This document shows positions 46,297 to 55,840 of a DNA stretch of 64,000 nt, in pieces. The DNA is from an uncultured Planctomycetaceae bacterium (GTDB taxonomy: Bacteria > Planctomycetota > Planctomycetia > Planctomycetales > Planctomycetaceae). The stretch is taken from contig CAXBME010000002.1 of assembly GCA_963976765.1 (NCBI GenBank), forward strand, positions 62,001 to 126,000, given 5' to 3'. The notes beneath the pieces were generated by a model that saw nothing but the letters and a program-made list of their open reading frames with translations, ran no database searches and was not told the DNA's origin. Every line of letters begins with the position of its first letter. Position 1 is the stretch's first letter. The position numbers and the translations under genes are program-made.

Positions 46297-49200
46297 TTGA
46301 TGAGGCATCCGATGAACCGGTCACTTCTACTGATTCTGCTGACAACGGCTCTAGCTGCTCCTGTCTTTGCCGCCGACGAACAGGTGAGCAAGCCGATTGA
46401 ACCCGAAACGATTTCGCTCGGGCGCCCGGTCAGCTTCGAGAAAGACATTCGAGACATTTTTGAATTGAACTGCGTCGCTTGCCATTACGAAGGTGGCGCG
46501 GAAAGCCGACTCGTTGTTGAAGAAGCAGCAGCAATGATCAAAGGCGGCAAGCGAGGCGCCGGCATCATCCCCGGCAAGCCTGACGAGAGTTTGATTTACC
46601 TGGTGGCCGCCAGAAAGAAAGCTCCTCATATGCCGCCTCTGCCGAACAAGGTCGAAGCTGCGGCACTGACTCCCCGAGAGCTTGGACTTTTGCGACAGTG
46701 GATCATCGAAGGTGCACAGGCCGACGGCACCGATACCGGCACGAAGGTCAACTGGCAGCCGATTCCCGCCGGCATGCACGCCAGCTATGCCGTGGCGCTT
46801 TCACCGTGGGCTGACCGTGTAGCCGCCAGCCGGGCCAATCAGTTAAGCATTTTTGAAGTCGATTCAGGCAACGAAGTGAAACTGCTCGATCCAAACCTCG
46901 CGTCGCTCAAAATTGACGACCGGCCAATGTATCCAGGCGGAGCGGCTCATCGAGATTTCGTTCATTCAGTCGCTTTTCATCCCAATGGAAGGATGCTCGC
47001 GTCGGGAGGATTTCGCGTCGTTAAACTCTGGGAACAGCCGCAGAACGTTCAAACCTTGACGATGCCTCTTGGGATGATCGCAGCCGACATCGACTTTAAT
47101 TCGGCTAAACAGGTCGTGGCGATCGGTACGCAGCAGAACTCGATTTCGTTGCGATCGATTGTCGACGGAAAAGAAATTAAGAAGTTTGACGGACACACCG
47201 GCCCGGTATCAGGTGTTGCGCTGACGGCTGATGCCAGCCAGTTGGTTTCCGGTTCTGAAGATAAGTCGATCCGTATCTGGAATGTCGAGTCCGGAGCGAT
47301 CGTCCGACAAATCGACACACCGTCGCCGATTCATGACCTTGTCCTGACGCTTGATGGCAAGCAGGTCATCGCTGCACACGACGATGGCATCATTCGTGTG
47401 TGGAACGTCGCCGCTCCGGAGCCTGCGTTGCCGGAGGGCGAAACTGAAAAACCCGCGAACGAGTTGAAGGGGCACAATAAACCGGTTCGCTCTCTGGCTC
47501 TGCTACTGCCTGCCGGCCAGATTCTGGTTTCAGGATCGGATGACAACACGGTCCGACTCTGGACAATTTCGAATGGCCAGGCAACTCGAACATTGAACCA
47601 CGGCGGCCCGGTTGTGTCAGTCGCCGCTCGCCAGGACGGGAAGTTCGTCGCATCGGCCAGTTCTAATAACACAGCAAAACTCTGGGACGCGTCCAACGGC
47701 AAAGAGATTGCCGAACTCCGCGGGCACCTGCCTGCGACTCGATCCAGCCTTGTCGCCAAAGAAGAAGCCGACCTGGCAAAGCAGCTGGTCGCTCTTGCCG
47801 ATACGGCTCAGAAAGCCGCCGAGAAGAATGCGACTGAACGAGCCGATGCGTTGAAAAAAGCGAACGAAGAAAAAGAGAAGGCTGTAAAAGCCGTCGAGGA
47901 GCAAACAAAGAAACGCGACGAAGCAAAGGCCAAGGCTGACGAGGGGCAGAAAACGCTCGATGAAGCAACAAAAGCTGCCGAGGATGCCCAGGCAAAAGCC
48001 GACGAGACGAAAAAAGCATCAGACGCCAAACCTGATGACGCTGATTTGAAAAAAGCGGCGACTGATTCAGCTGCCGAAGCGAAGAAGTTGATGGACGCAG
48101 TGAAGGCTCCGACAGACGCTCAGAAAAAACTGACCGACGAGTTGCAGAAGCAGGAGGACGAACTCAAAAAGCAGGATGAGGTTCTGAAATCCGCAACTCG
48201 CAGTGTCGATCTGGCAGTGAAGGCAGATGCGAAAGCGAAAGTAGACCTGGAAGCTGCAAAGACCGCACACGTCAAATCTCAGGAACACCAGAAGGCGCAG
48301 GACGAAGCTTTCACAAAGGCACAGGAAGGTACAAAAGCTGCCGAAAAACCAATGACAGCCGTCGCCTTTTCATCTGATGGAAGCCGCCTGGCCATCGCAT
48401 CGGAAGACGGAGCGATCACGATCGCGACAGGCGAAACGGGAGTCGCGCTGGACATTCTTGCTGGAACTGGCGGACCGGTTCGTGCTTTGGCATTTACGGA
48501 TGAGAAATCGTTAATCGCCGCTGGTGATGACCAGGCGGCTGTTATCTGGGACGCCAGCCCAGCCTGGAAACTGGTTGGCCAGCTGGGGGTTCCGACGGAC
48601 GATCCGCTCAACATTTCAGCGTCGCCATTTGAGTTCCGCGTCCTTTCGCTCGCCTTCAGTCCAGACGGCAAATTCCTTGCGTCCGGCGGAGGAGAGCCTT
48701 CTCGTAGTGGCGAACTGATGATCTGGGATGTCGCCAGACGAGAGCTGGTTAAAAAAATCGAAGACGCGCACAGCGACACGGTTTTTGGGGTCGAGTTTTC
48801 TCGGGACGGAAAAAAAATTGTCAGTGGTGCGGCCGACAAGTTTGTGAAAATTCATGATGTGACTACCGGCGAGCATATTCGGTCGTTCGAAGGGCACACT
48901 CATCATGTCATGGATGTTTCCTGGCAGGCCGACGGCAGCACCCTGGTGAGCGCCGGCGCTGATGATGCCATCAAGGTCTGGAATGTCGATACGGGCGAGC
49001 AGATTCGCACGATCGGCGGCTACACGAAACAGGTCACGTCGATCAGCTTTTCGGGCATCGGCGGCAACGTCATCAGTAGTGGCGGCGACAAAACGGTTCG
49101 ACAGTTTACGGCGTCTAACGGACGGGCCGTCCGTACATTCAGCGGCGGGACGGATTTCATGTATTCCGCAGACGCGTCACGCGATGAAAAACTTGTCGTT

Positions 49201-49311
49201 GCAGGAGGCGAGGATGGCGTGATCCGCGTCTGGAACGGCACGAACGGGCAAGTCATCCGAAACTTCGAACCACCCGCCCCGACGACAGTTCAGGCCAACG
49301 CGGTCAAGTAA
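46297..49311 (+). CDS. Planctomycete cytochrome c domain plus WD40 repeats, with a coiled-coil insertion
   Basis: VSFEKDI...NCVACH, IIPGKPDESLI, MPP, LRQWI; many GH...SG..D..IRIW repeats; Lys/Ala/Glu tract at about 47740-48350. Confidence 0.93.
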   Translation: MMRHPMNRSLLLILLTTALAAPVFAADEQVSKPIEPETISLGRPVSFEKDIRDIFELNCVACHYEGGAESRLVVEEAAAMIKGGKRGAGIIPGKPDESLIYLVAARKKAPHMPPLPNKVEAAALTPRELGLLRQWIIEGAQADGTDTGTKVNWQPIPAGMHASYAVALSPWADRVAASRANQLSIFEVDSGNEVKLLDPNLASLKIDDRPMYPGGAAHRDFVHSVAFHPNGRMLASGGFRVVKLWEQPQNVQTLTMPLGMIAADIDFNSAKQVVAIGTQQNSISLRSIVDGKEIKKFDGHTGPVSGVALTADASQLVSGSEDKSIRIWNVESGAIVRQIDTPSPIHDLVLTLDGKQVIAAHDDGIIRVWNVAAPEPALPEGETEKPANELKGHNKPVRSLALLLPAGQILVSGSDDNTVRLWTISNGQATRTLNHGGPVVSVAARQDGKFVASASSNNTAKLWDASNGKEIAELRGHLPATRSSLVAKEEADLAKQLVALADTAQKAAEKNATERADALKKANEEKEKAVKAVEEQTKKRDEAKAKADEGQKTLDEATKAAEDAQAKADETKKASDAKPDDADLKKAATDSAAEAKKLMDAVKAPTDAQKKLTDELQKQEDELKKQDEVLKSATRSVDLAVKADAKAKVDLEAAKTAHVKSQEHQKAQDEAFTKAQEGTKAAEKPMTAVAFSSDGSRLAIASEDGAITIATGETGVALDILAGTGGPVRALAFTDEKSLIAAGDDQAAVIWDASPAWKLVGQLGVPTDDPLNISASPFEFRVLSLAFSPDGKFLASGGGEPSRSGELMIWDVARRELVKKIEDAHSDTVFGVEFSRDGKKIVSGAADKFVKIHDVTTGEHIRSFEGHTHHVMDVSWQADGSTLVSAGADDAIKVWNVDTGEQIRTIGGYTKQVTSISFSGIGGNVISSGGDKTVRQFTASNGRAVRTFSGGTDFMYSADASRDEKLVVAGGEDGVIRVWNGTNGQVIRNFEPPAPTTVQANAVK

Positions 49312-49763
49312 TGCGAAGTGAGCTCTGCTGATCTTTTCCAGCCGTTCGATATCTGTGACGCAGGCCTCGTTCCGATGACAGCGGACAGGTCGGTTCCAGC
49401 TTCATTCTTCCCAGGATAACTGATTTCCAGGAAGAGCTGCGGCTGGCTGTGAATGCCGCCGGCTGATACCGTCTGGTCGGGCGAGGTCGTTCAGTGCATG
49501 AATATCTGGTCGCCGTCCCGTACGCTCCCGGATTCCAGACGGACGTTTCTCATCGAGTTCCGTTCGAAATCAATTGCTGACTCATTCGTATGTAGTCTTC
49601 AGTTCGGGGTAAGTGCCGAATGCTGTTTCCGGTTCCGGAGTACGTTCTACCAGATCCGGGAAACAGGATCGTCCGCCTGAATTTGACATGCACTCAGATG
49701 TAAACTCGACTGTCCAGTCCAGAGCTCACGATTCTTCACACAATCAGTTCACGGAGCAGAGCG

Positions 49764-50828
49764 ATGGCTGACTTCAAGGTCACGCAGATCGACGAGAACC
49801 TCGACTTCGACAGTCTTCCCTGGTGGGATGTCGTCATTATCGGTGCCGGACCAGGTGGGCTGGCGGCCAGCCTGACCACAGCTCACCGAGCACTCACGAC
49901 ACTCGTTATCGAGGCCAAGGACACGCCCGGCGGCCAGCCTCAATTCCTGTACGCGGACAAAAATATTGTCGACGTACCTGGCTTTCCGGATGGCATTTCC
50001 GGGCAGGAATTGTCTGACCGGACTTATCGGCAGGCGACCGACGCTCACGTTCAGTTTCGGTTTAATGAAGAACTGAAAGCGATCGAAGACACGGATCAGG
50101 AAGTCGAAGGCGATATCCTGAAAAAAGTCGTGACCAGTAACGGCAGCTATCTTTGCCGCAAAGTGATCCTGGCCTGCGGGCTGCTTCATTACCCGAGGCG
50201 TCTGGCCGTGCTTGACGCTCTGAACAGCGACGTCGTTCATTACCGCTCTCCGCGGATCAAAGATTACGAAGGAGCTACGGTGATTGTTGTCGGCGGAGGC
50301 GATTCGGCACTCGACGCGGCGGTGATGGCGCTGCAGCGAGGGGCTCGTGTCGAGGTCATCGTTCGCAAAGAACCATCCGGCAAGGCTGACACGCTGAACC
50401 ACGTGCTCGAACTCGGCGGAGTCATTCATACGTCAGCTGAGATCGCCGACGCGACGCTGAACAATGGCGTCGTCAGCGCGGTGCTGAACGATGGCACAAA
50501 GATTGATTGTCAGCACGCTGTCGTGCAGATTGGATTCCTCTCAGCGAAGGACACATTCGAAGGCCTTGGCCTGAAGCTGAACGACGAGGGCGCCGTCGCG
50601 ATCGACCCGTATTTCGAAACCAGCCGTCGAGGTATCTTTGCCGTCGGAGACGTACACGGAGACATTAAGCTGATCGCGGTCGCCTGGGCCGAGGGAATTC
50701 AGGCGGCGATTCATGCCTTCCGCGAAATCACCAGCCCGTTCTGGTTGAACGAAAAACGACTGCACGACAACAAACTGTCTTTGATCGCCGAACGACTCAG
50801 CGCGGCGGCAGCGCAGAAGCGTCGTTGA
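49764..50828 (+). CDS. FAD-dependent thioredoxin-reductase-fold oxidoreductase, likely ferredoxin-NADP+ reductase type
   Basis: IIGAGPGG, GGQ..FLY.DK.I.DVPGF, VGGGDSALD, GIFAVGD; no CxxC redox pair. Confidence 0.85.
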   Translation: MADFKVTQIDENLDFDSLPWWDVVIIGAGPGGLAASLTTAHRALTTLVIEAKDTPGGQPQFLYADKNIVDVPGFPDGISGQELSDRTYRQATDAHVQFRFNEELKAIEDTDQEVEGDILKKVVTSNGSYLCRKVILACGLLHYPRRLAVLDALNSDVVHYRSPRIKDYEGATVIVVGGGDSALDAAVMALQRGARVEVIVRKEPSGKADTLNHVLELGGVIHTSAEIADATLNNGVVSAVLNDGTKIDCQHAVVQIGFLSAKDTFEGLGLKLNDEGAVAIDPYFETSRRGIFAVGDVHGDIKLIAVAWAEGIQAAIHAFREITSPFWLNEKRLHDNKLSLIAERLSAAAAQKRR

Positions 50829-50885
50829 TATTCATGACTGGTCCGCTTGTGCATTTCTTTTCGTTGATCAAGGTAAACTGAAACG

Positions 50886-52259
50886 ATGCAGCTTATCCTG
50901 GCCCTGATTGTCGCTTGCCAGGCGGAATCGCCAATGCCGGCAGCGCCGTGCCGGATTGACGTCGTCGAGAAAGGCTCGGGCTGGCCCGTTCCCTTGATCG
51001 AACTGCGGACTGTCCACGGTCTTCGATTCGTCACTGACAATGCCGGTGTCATCGTGATTGACCAGCCTGAGCTGATGGGGCGAGAAGTTTACTTTCACAT
51101 TGAAGGTCACGGTTACGAAGTCCCAGCCGACGGATTTGGTTACCGCGGAGTTCGGTTGACTCCTCACCCTGGTGAAACTCTTCGCGTCGAAGTTGACCGA
51201 ACCATCATCGCTCAACGTCTGGGGCGTCTGACCGGCGCAGGAATTTTCGCGAATGCTCAACGTGCCGGTCAGGAAACGGAATGGCGTGAGTCGGGCGTGG
51301 CTGGTTCCGACAGTGTCCAGACGGCGGTCTATCGCGGTCGCCATTTCTGGCTATGGGGAGACACGAGCCTGCTCCACTATCCGCTTGGAATTTTTCACTC
51401 CAGCGCCGCGACGACGGAGCTCCAGCCGCTTGATTCATTCACACCGCCGCTTCGAGTGAAGTACGACTATTTTCGCAATGAACAAGGCAGGCCTCGCGGT
51501 GTTGCAGAAATGCCCGGCGACGGCCCGACGTGGCTCAGCGCGCTGACGACCCTGTCAGACAGAAACGGAGTGCCACACCTCGTCGCATCGTACGCAAAGA
51601 TCAAACCGCCGCTTGACACGTACGAGAAGGGGCTTTGTATCTGGAATGATGAATCGCAAGACTTCGAGCGACTGAAAGTTGTCTGGTCAACGTCGGAGCG
51701 AACACCGAAGTCGTCACCGATGCCGGACGGGCATCCGACCTTCTGGACGGACGAATCGGGGAAGAGCTGGGTACTGTTCGGTAATCCGCTTCCGGTTTTG
51801 AAATGCCCGGCGACGTTCGAAGCGTGGCAGGATCCAACTCAATGGGAAGTTCTGACACCGCAGAAATCGCTGACTGCTGCAAGCGACGGTTCAGAGGTGC
51901 GGCTTCACACCGGTTCGATTACCTGGAATCCGTGGCGGAAGCGATGGGTGACCGTCTTCATGCAGTGGTTCGGGAAACCGTCCGCGTTCGGCGAGTTGTG
52001 GTATGCCGAGTCTGATCAGCCGACTGGTCCGTGGGGACCGTGCGTGAAGATTCTCACTCATCAGAACTACACGTTCTACAATCCGCGGATTCATCCGGAG
52101 TTCACACCAGGCAACTCGCCGATTCTTCTGTTCGAAGGAACCTACACCCAGCAGTTCGCTGACAAACCTCATCCGACGGCAAGGTACGATTACAACCAGA
52201 TTCTGTACCGACTCGATCTGAATGACGAGCGGCTCAAGCCAGCACAGGCCAGGCGTTGA
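50886..52259 (+). CDS. Secreted hypothetical protein, Trp/aromatic-rich, possibly a beta-propeller
   Basis: 457-aa ORF with signal peptide; WLWGDT, GSITWN, ELWYAE...GPW, YTFYNP motifs. Confidence 0.78.
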   Translation: MQLILALIVACQAESPMPAAPCRIDVVEKGSGWPVPLIELRTVHGLRFVTDNAGVIVIDQPELMGREVYFHIEGHGYEVPADGFGYRGVRLTPHPGETLRVEVDRTIIAQRLGRLTGAGIFANAQRAGQETEWRESGVAGSDSVQTAVYRGRHFWLWGDTSLLHYPLGIFHSSAATTELQPLDSFTPPLRVKYDYFRNEQGRPRGVAEMPGDGPTWLSALTTLSDRNGVPHLVASYAKIKPPLDTYEKGLCIWNDESQDFERLKVVWSTSERTPKSSPMPDGHPTFWTDESGKSWVLFGNPLPVLKCPATFEAWQDPTQWEVLTPQKSLTAASDGSEVRLHTGSITWNPWRKRWVTVFMQWFGKPSAFGELWYAESDQPTGPWGPCVKILTHQNYTFYNPRIHPEFTPGNSPILLFEGTYTQQFADKPHPTARYDYNQILYRLDLNDERLKPAQARR

Positions 52260-52364
52260 CCAATCAGTACGAACTTCCAGATTGTGTGAAGCGTGTCGAC
52301 GCACTTCAGTCGACACATCGAAGAGCGAAAACTGAATTCTGAACTGCAACCTGACCCAATCATA

Positions 52365-52403
52365 AACGAAGCCTCACACCGAAAGTCGGTGCGAGGCTTC
52401 GTT
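52365..52403. terminator. Hairpin terminator between convergent genes
   Basis: AACGAAGCCTCACACCGA-AAG-TCGGTGCGAGGCTTCGTT. Confidence 0.65.
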
Positions 52404-52433
52404 CATTCTCAAATTGCCAGGTCATCTGCTTCG

Positions 52434-52817
52434 CTACTGACGGCCAGATGTCTTCACTTTTTTTAATTTCAAATTCGTGCGATCGATCATCGGAACGACG
52501 GGACGACTGCTTCGAAGGTGGCTGTTATCTACGGGTCGCATTTCATACCCAAAACCTTCAGAACCCCACACGCTTTCCTGCATCAATCCCAGCAGACCTG
52601 CTCCTGACCCTCGCTTCTTTTCCGGCAGAGTTGTGGTCTGAGCCCAGCTTTCTTTCATGCCGTTCCAGTCTTTATCCCACCTGGCTGCGATCTCATCGCC
52701 GTAGTTGGTCCACAGCATCCCGAGCCCGAAAACCGTCCCCATTGTGAGAACAAACAGGGCTGCAGATCGCGCAAAATCTGACGGCGGCTCGTACGCTGGC
52801 TCCTGTTCATAATCCAT
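52434..52817 (-). CDS. Small single-TM hypothetical protein
   Basis: Start placed at MDYEQE after a GGAG ribosome-binding site; one TM (AALFVLTMGTVFGLGMLW). Confidence 0.6.
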   Translation of the reverse strand: MDYEQEPAYEPPSDFARSAALFVLTMGTVFGLGMLWTNYGDEIAARWDKDWNGMKESWAQTTTLPEKKRGSGAGLLGLMQESVWGSEGFGYEMRPVDNSHLRSSRPVVPMIDRTNLKLKKVKTSGRQ

Positions 52818-53177
52818 GTGCCGATCTCCTCTTTCAGAATCAATTTCGAAAGTTCCTGATTGACGAAACAGCGATGCGACACCGGAAGAATTGCCGCATG
52901 CCCACTCAGTCTGATGTGGCGGCTCGATCTGATGAAAAAAGTCAACAACCATACCGAGTTGATGTTGCCTGAAATCAACGACTCTCCGTTGAAGGCGAAC
53001 CGTTTCGTGCCACACGATACACAGCAGAATCGAAGGCAAATGCCGTTCCGAACTCTGGGACGCAATGCCGGAGTCCGGTTGCCTGCGTATTTCGATGAAG
53101 TAGACTGCTCTCGCTGTTGTGTTACATCCCGACGTCTTCCATCGGGTCGACGCTTTTACTGACTGAGGAGTGAAACG

Positions 53178-53708
53178 GTGACAGGTTTGAATCGAGTTCT
53201 GAGTACTGGGTTGCTTGCTTTGTTCATGGTTTCGGGATGCGTACCTCCCCCATCGTCGAACAGTGGAACCCGTCGCGTTCCGGTTCCGACGGCGCCGGCA
53301 GCTTCTGAATCAGCAGCGTCACCTGATGATTCCCGCACTGAACCGGGGCCTGACGATCCAGACGCTCCGACAGAATTCACAGAAACGGCAACTGGGTTGA
53401 AGTATCGAATTCTCCGCAAAGGTACCGGTCGAAAGCCGACTGGCACCGACACGGTAAGATGCCACTACCGAGGCACTCTTGACGACGGGTCAGAATTTGA
53501 CAGCTCGTACAGTCGGGGCGAATCCATCAGCTTTCCATTGACCGGAGTAATCGCTGGCTGGACTCAGGGGCTTCAGCTTGTAGCAGAAGGCGGCAAGATC
53601 GAACTCGAAATTCCGTACCAGCTTGGTTACGGCGAAGCGGGCAGCCCACCAAAGATTCCACCGCAAGCAACGTTGCATTTCATCGTCGAGCTGATCGCCG
53701 TTGAGTAG
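53178..53708 (+). CDS. FKBP-type peptidyl-prolyl cis-trans isomerase (lipoprotein)
   Basis: Lipobox VSGC; TGLKY, HYRGTL.DG.EFDSSY, VIAGWTQGL, IPYQLGYG, TLHFIVEL. Confidence 0.95.
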   Translation: MTGLNRVLSTGLLALFMVSGCVPPPSSNSGTRRVPVPTAPAASESAASPDDSRTEPGPDDPDAPTEFTETATGLKYRILRKGTGRKPTGTDTVRCHYRGTLDDGSEFDSSYSRGESISFPLTGVIAGWTQGLQLVAEGGKIELEIPYQLGYGEAGSPPKIPPQATLHFIVELIAVE

Positions 53709-53748
53709 CGGCAATGTCGACGTTTGAGGTCAATCCGCTCAATGATCG

Positions 53749-54663
53749 GTGATCGAATTCGTGAAACTCTCACTGACCATAGTGATGGTGATAGCGTTCG
53801 TCGGCTGCTCGTCCAGCGGTCTGGATGTTTCTCCGGCTCTTGCTCAAACGGCGACCGACGGAGAAACAGCAGCGAAGGCTCCCGAGCAAAGAAAGCCACC
53901 GGTCGTGCGATCTCTGGACGAACTGCTGCTGTTTCAGCCGACGAGATATCCGAATGGAAACTGGAAACCGGATCAGCTTGATTTTTCAGATGCCTGGATG
54001 ACTTCGAAAGACGGGACGCGAATCCACGGCTGGTTTTGCCCGAACGAGCAGCCGAAAGCGGTCTTGCTTTACTGCCACGGCAACGGCGGAAACCTTGCCG
54101 GCCGCGAGTCGACGCTGCGGTTTCTGCAGAAAGAGATGGGCGTCTCGGTGTTGATCTTCGACTATCGCGGGTACGGTCGCAGCGAGGGCAAGGCAACTGT
54201 CGCGGGGGCAATCGCTGACGCGAAGGCTGCCCGAACGGAGCTGGCAAAACTTGCGAAGGTCAACGAGGCAGACATCGTGCTGATGGGACGTTCGCTTGGC
54301 GGAGCCATCGCGATTCAGCTCGCCGCCGACGCTCCGCCGCGAGGATTGATTGTCGAAAGTTCGTTCTCGTCCCTGCGTGAGGTGGCTTCCGAACACTTTC
54401 CGAAACTTGCCTGGCTCGTAGCCAGGAACAGGCTCGACTCGGGCCAGGCGATTGCGTTAGTTGGCTGCCCGCTGCTGCAAAGCCACGGCGACGCCGACCG
54501 AGTCATCTCGTGTGAAAGTGGTCGCCGTCTGTTCGCGGCAGCGAAACATCCGAAACGGTTTATCACACTCACGGGACTCGGCCACAACGATCGGCCAACG
54601 CTGGAATACTACGAAGCGATGGCAGACTTCCTCGACACATTGCCGAATAAGGGCAAAGACTGA
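53749..54663 (+). CDS. Alpha/beta hydrolase (ABHD12/13-like)
   Basis: HGNGGN, DYRGYGRSEG, GRSLGG nucleophile elbow, HGDAD, GHND. Confidence 0.92.
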   Translation: MIEFVKLSLTIVMVIAFVGCSSSGLDVSPALAQTATDGETAAKAPEQRKPPVVRSLDELLLFQPTRYPNGNWKPDQLDFSDAWMTSKDGTRIHGWFCPNEQPKAVLLYCHGNGGNLAGRESTLRFLQKEMGVSVLIFDYRGYGRSEGKATVAGAIADAKAARTELAKLAKVNEADIVLMGRSLGGAIAIQLAADAPPRGLIVESSFSSLREVASEHFPKLAWLVARNRLDSGQAIALVGCPLLQSHGDADRVISCESGRRLFAAAKHPKRFITLTGLGHNDRPTLEYYEAMADFLDTLPNKGKD

Positions 54664-55607
54664 TGACGACTCCGATTATGGGCGATGGTTTGCCGGCTCC
54701 GTTACTGGAAATGCTGGGCAACGGGTATCAGGTTTTTCCCTGGGACACTTCCGAAGGTTCCGCGGCTCTGGAGACCTGTGTTGGCGTCATTACTTACGGA
54801 CATCCGTCTGTTGATGGTTCACTGATGGACCGCATGCCGAATCTGAAAGTCGTCAGTAATCACGGGGTTGGCGTCGACCATATCGTCGTCGCAGATGCTC
54901 ACGAGCGGGGCCTGCCTGTTGGCAACACACCTGGCTGCTTGGACGCCGCGACGGCTGACATGACGATGGCGTTGCTCATGGCCTCGGCGAGGAACGTCGT
55001 CATCGGCGACCACTTTGCACGCGGTCCCGAGTTTACTCATTACGATCCGTCGATTCTGATCGGGCACGAAGTCACCGGCAGCACGCTGGGCATCGTCGGC
55101 ATGGGGCGAATCGGGAAACAGGTGGCGAAACGGGCTCGCGCGTTCGACATGAAGATTCTTTACCACAACCGGCGACGCGACGAAGCGGCAGAAGCGGAAC
55201 TCGATGTCGAGTTTCGTTCGCTGGACGACCTGCTCAAAGAAAGCGACTTCGTTGCGTTAAACTGCCCGCTCACTGAAGAGACGACAGGTTTGATCGGAAA
55301 GGCTCAGTTCGAACTGATGAAGCCGTCGGCGACATTGATCAACATGGCTCGCGGGCCAGTCGTCGTGACTGATGATCTTTACGAAACCCTCAAAGCCGGA
55401 CGAATCCGCTCAGCCGCTCTGGATGTCACTGATCCGGAACCCTTGCCGCGCGACCATCCGTTGCTGACCCTCGAAAACCTGGTCATCGCCCCCCATCTGG
55501 GAAGCGCGTCTCATCGGACCAGGCAAAGAATGCTGGAAATGACGGTTCAGAATCTGGCGGCAGGTCTTGCCGGGCAGTCACTGCCCTACCCTGTTCTGCC
55601 GAAGTAG
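54663..55607 (+). CDS. D-isomer-specific 2-hydroxyacid dehydrogenase (glyoxylate/hydroxypyruvate reductase-like)
   Basis: GVGVDHI, NTPG, GIVGMGRIG, INMARGPVV, LDVTDPEP, PHLGSA. Confidence 0.93.
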   Translation: MTTPIMGDGLPAPLLEMLGNGYQVFPWDTSEGSAALETCVGVITYGHPSVDGSLMDRMPNLKVVSNHGVGVDHIVVADAHERGLPVGNTPGCLDAATADMTMALLMASARNVVIGDHFARGPEFTHYDPSILIGHEVTGSTLGIVGMGRIGKQVAKRARAFDMKILYHNRRRDEAAEAELDVEFRSLDDLLKESDFVALNCPLTEETTGLIGKAQFELMKPSATLINMARGPVVVTDDLYETLKAGRIRSAALDVTDPEPLPRDHPLLTLENLVIAPHLGSASHRTRQRMLEMTVQNLAAGLAGQSLPYPVLPK

Positions 55608-55654
55608 CCGTCAATTCCTGATGAGCCTGGCGAGTGGCCCGAACTGCGGACGAT

Positions 55655-55793
55655 CTATCAGGATGTTGAAAAGTTGAGTTGCAGGATATGTGTGCCACTG
55701 GCTCTGCCAGTGTTCATCACAGTTGGCTGTTGACCGTAACGAATTTACGAACACTGGCAGAGCCAGTGGCACACACCTTTCAACAAGCTGCTA
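55655..55793. repeat. Palindromic MITE/REP-like element, CACTGGCAGAGCCAGTGGCAC family, copy 2, with outer terminal repeats
   Basis: Inner perfect IR GTGTGCCACTGGCTCTGCCAGTGTTC / GAACACTGGCAGAGCCAGTGGCACAC (55690-55774); outer arms TATCAGGATGTTGAAA / TTTCAACAAGCTGCTA. Confidence 0.8.
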
Positions 55794-55840
55794 TTCGAAA
55801 TCGGAGTTTAACTTCACTCGTCTGAAGCCGGAGCGTTGTC

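Noticed and set aside
44160..48350. Repetitive Ala/Lys-coding DNA as a tandem repeat array or CRISPR
   Set aside because: No fixed-length DNA repeat with spacers; the periodicity reflects coiled-coil coding.
49312..49763. Possible gene remnant or Rrf2/IscR-like site (GACTGTCCAGTC) upstream of the reductase
   Set aside because: No recognisable protein in any frame; the palindrome is short and its spacing does not fit the motif I know.
49764..50828. Annotation as thioredoxin reductase trxB
   Set aside because: The redox-active CxxC is missing; an FNR-type enzyme fits better.
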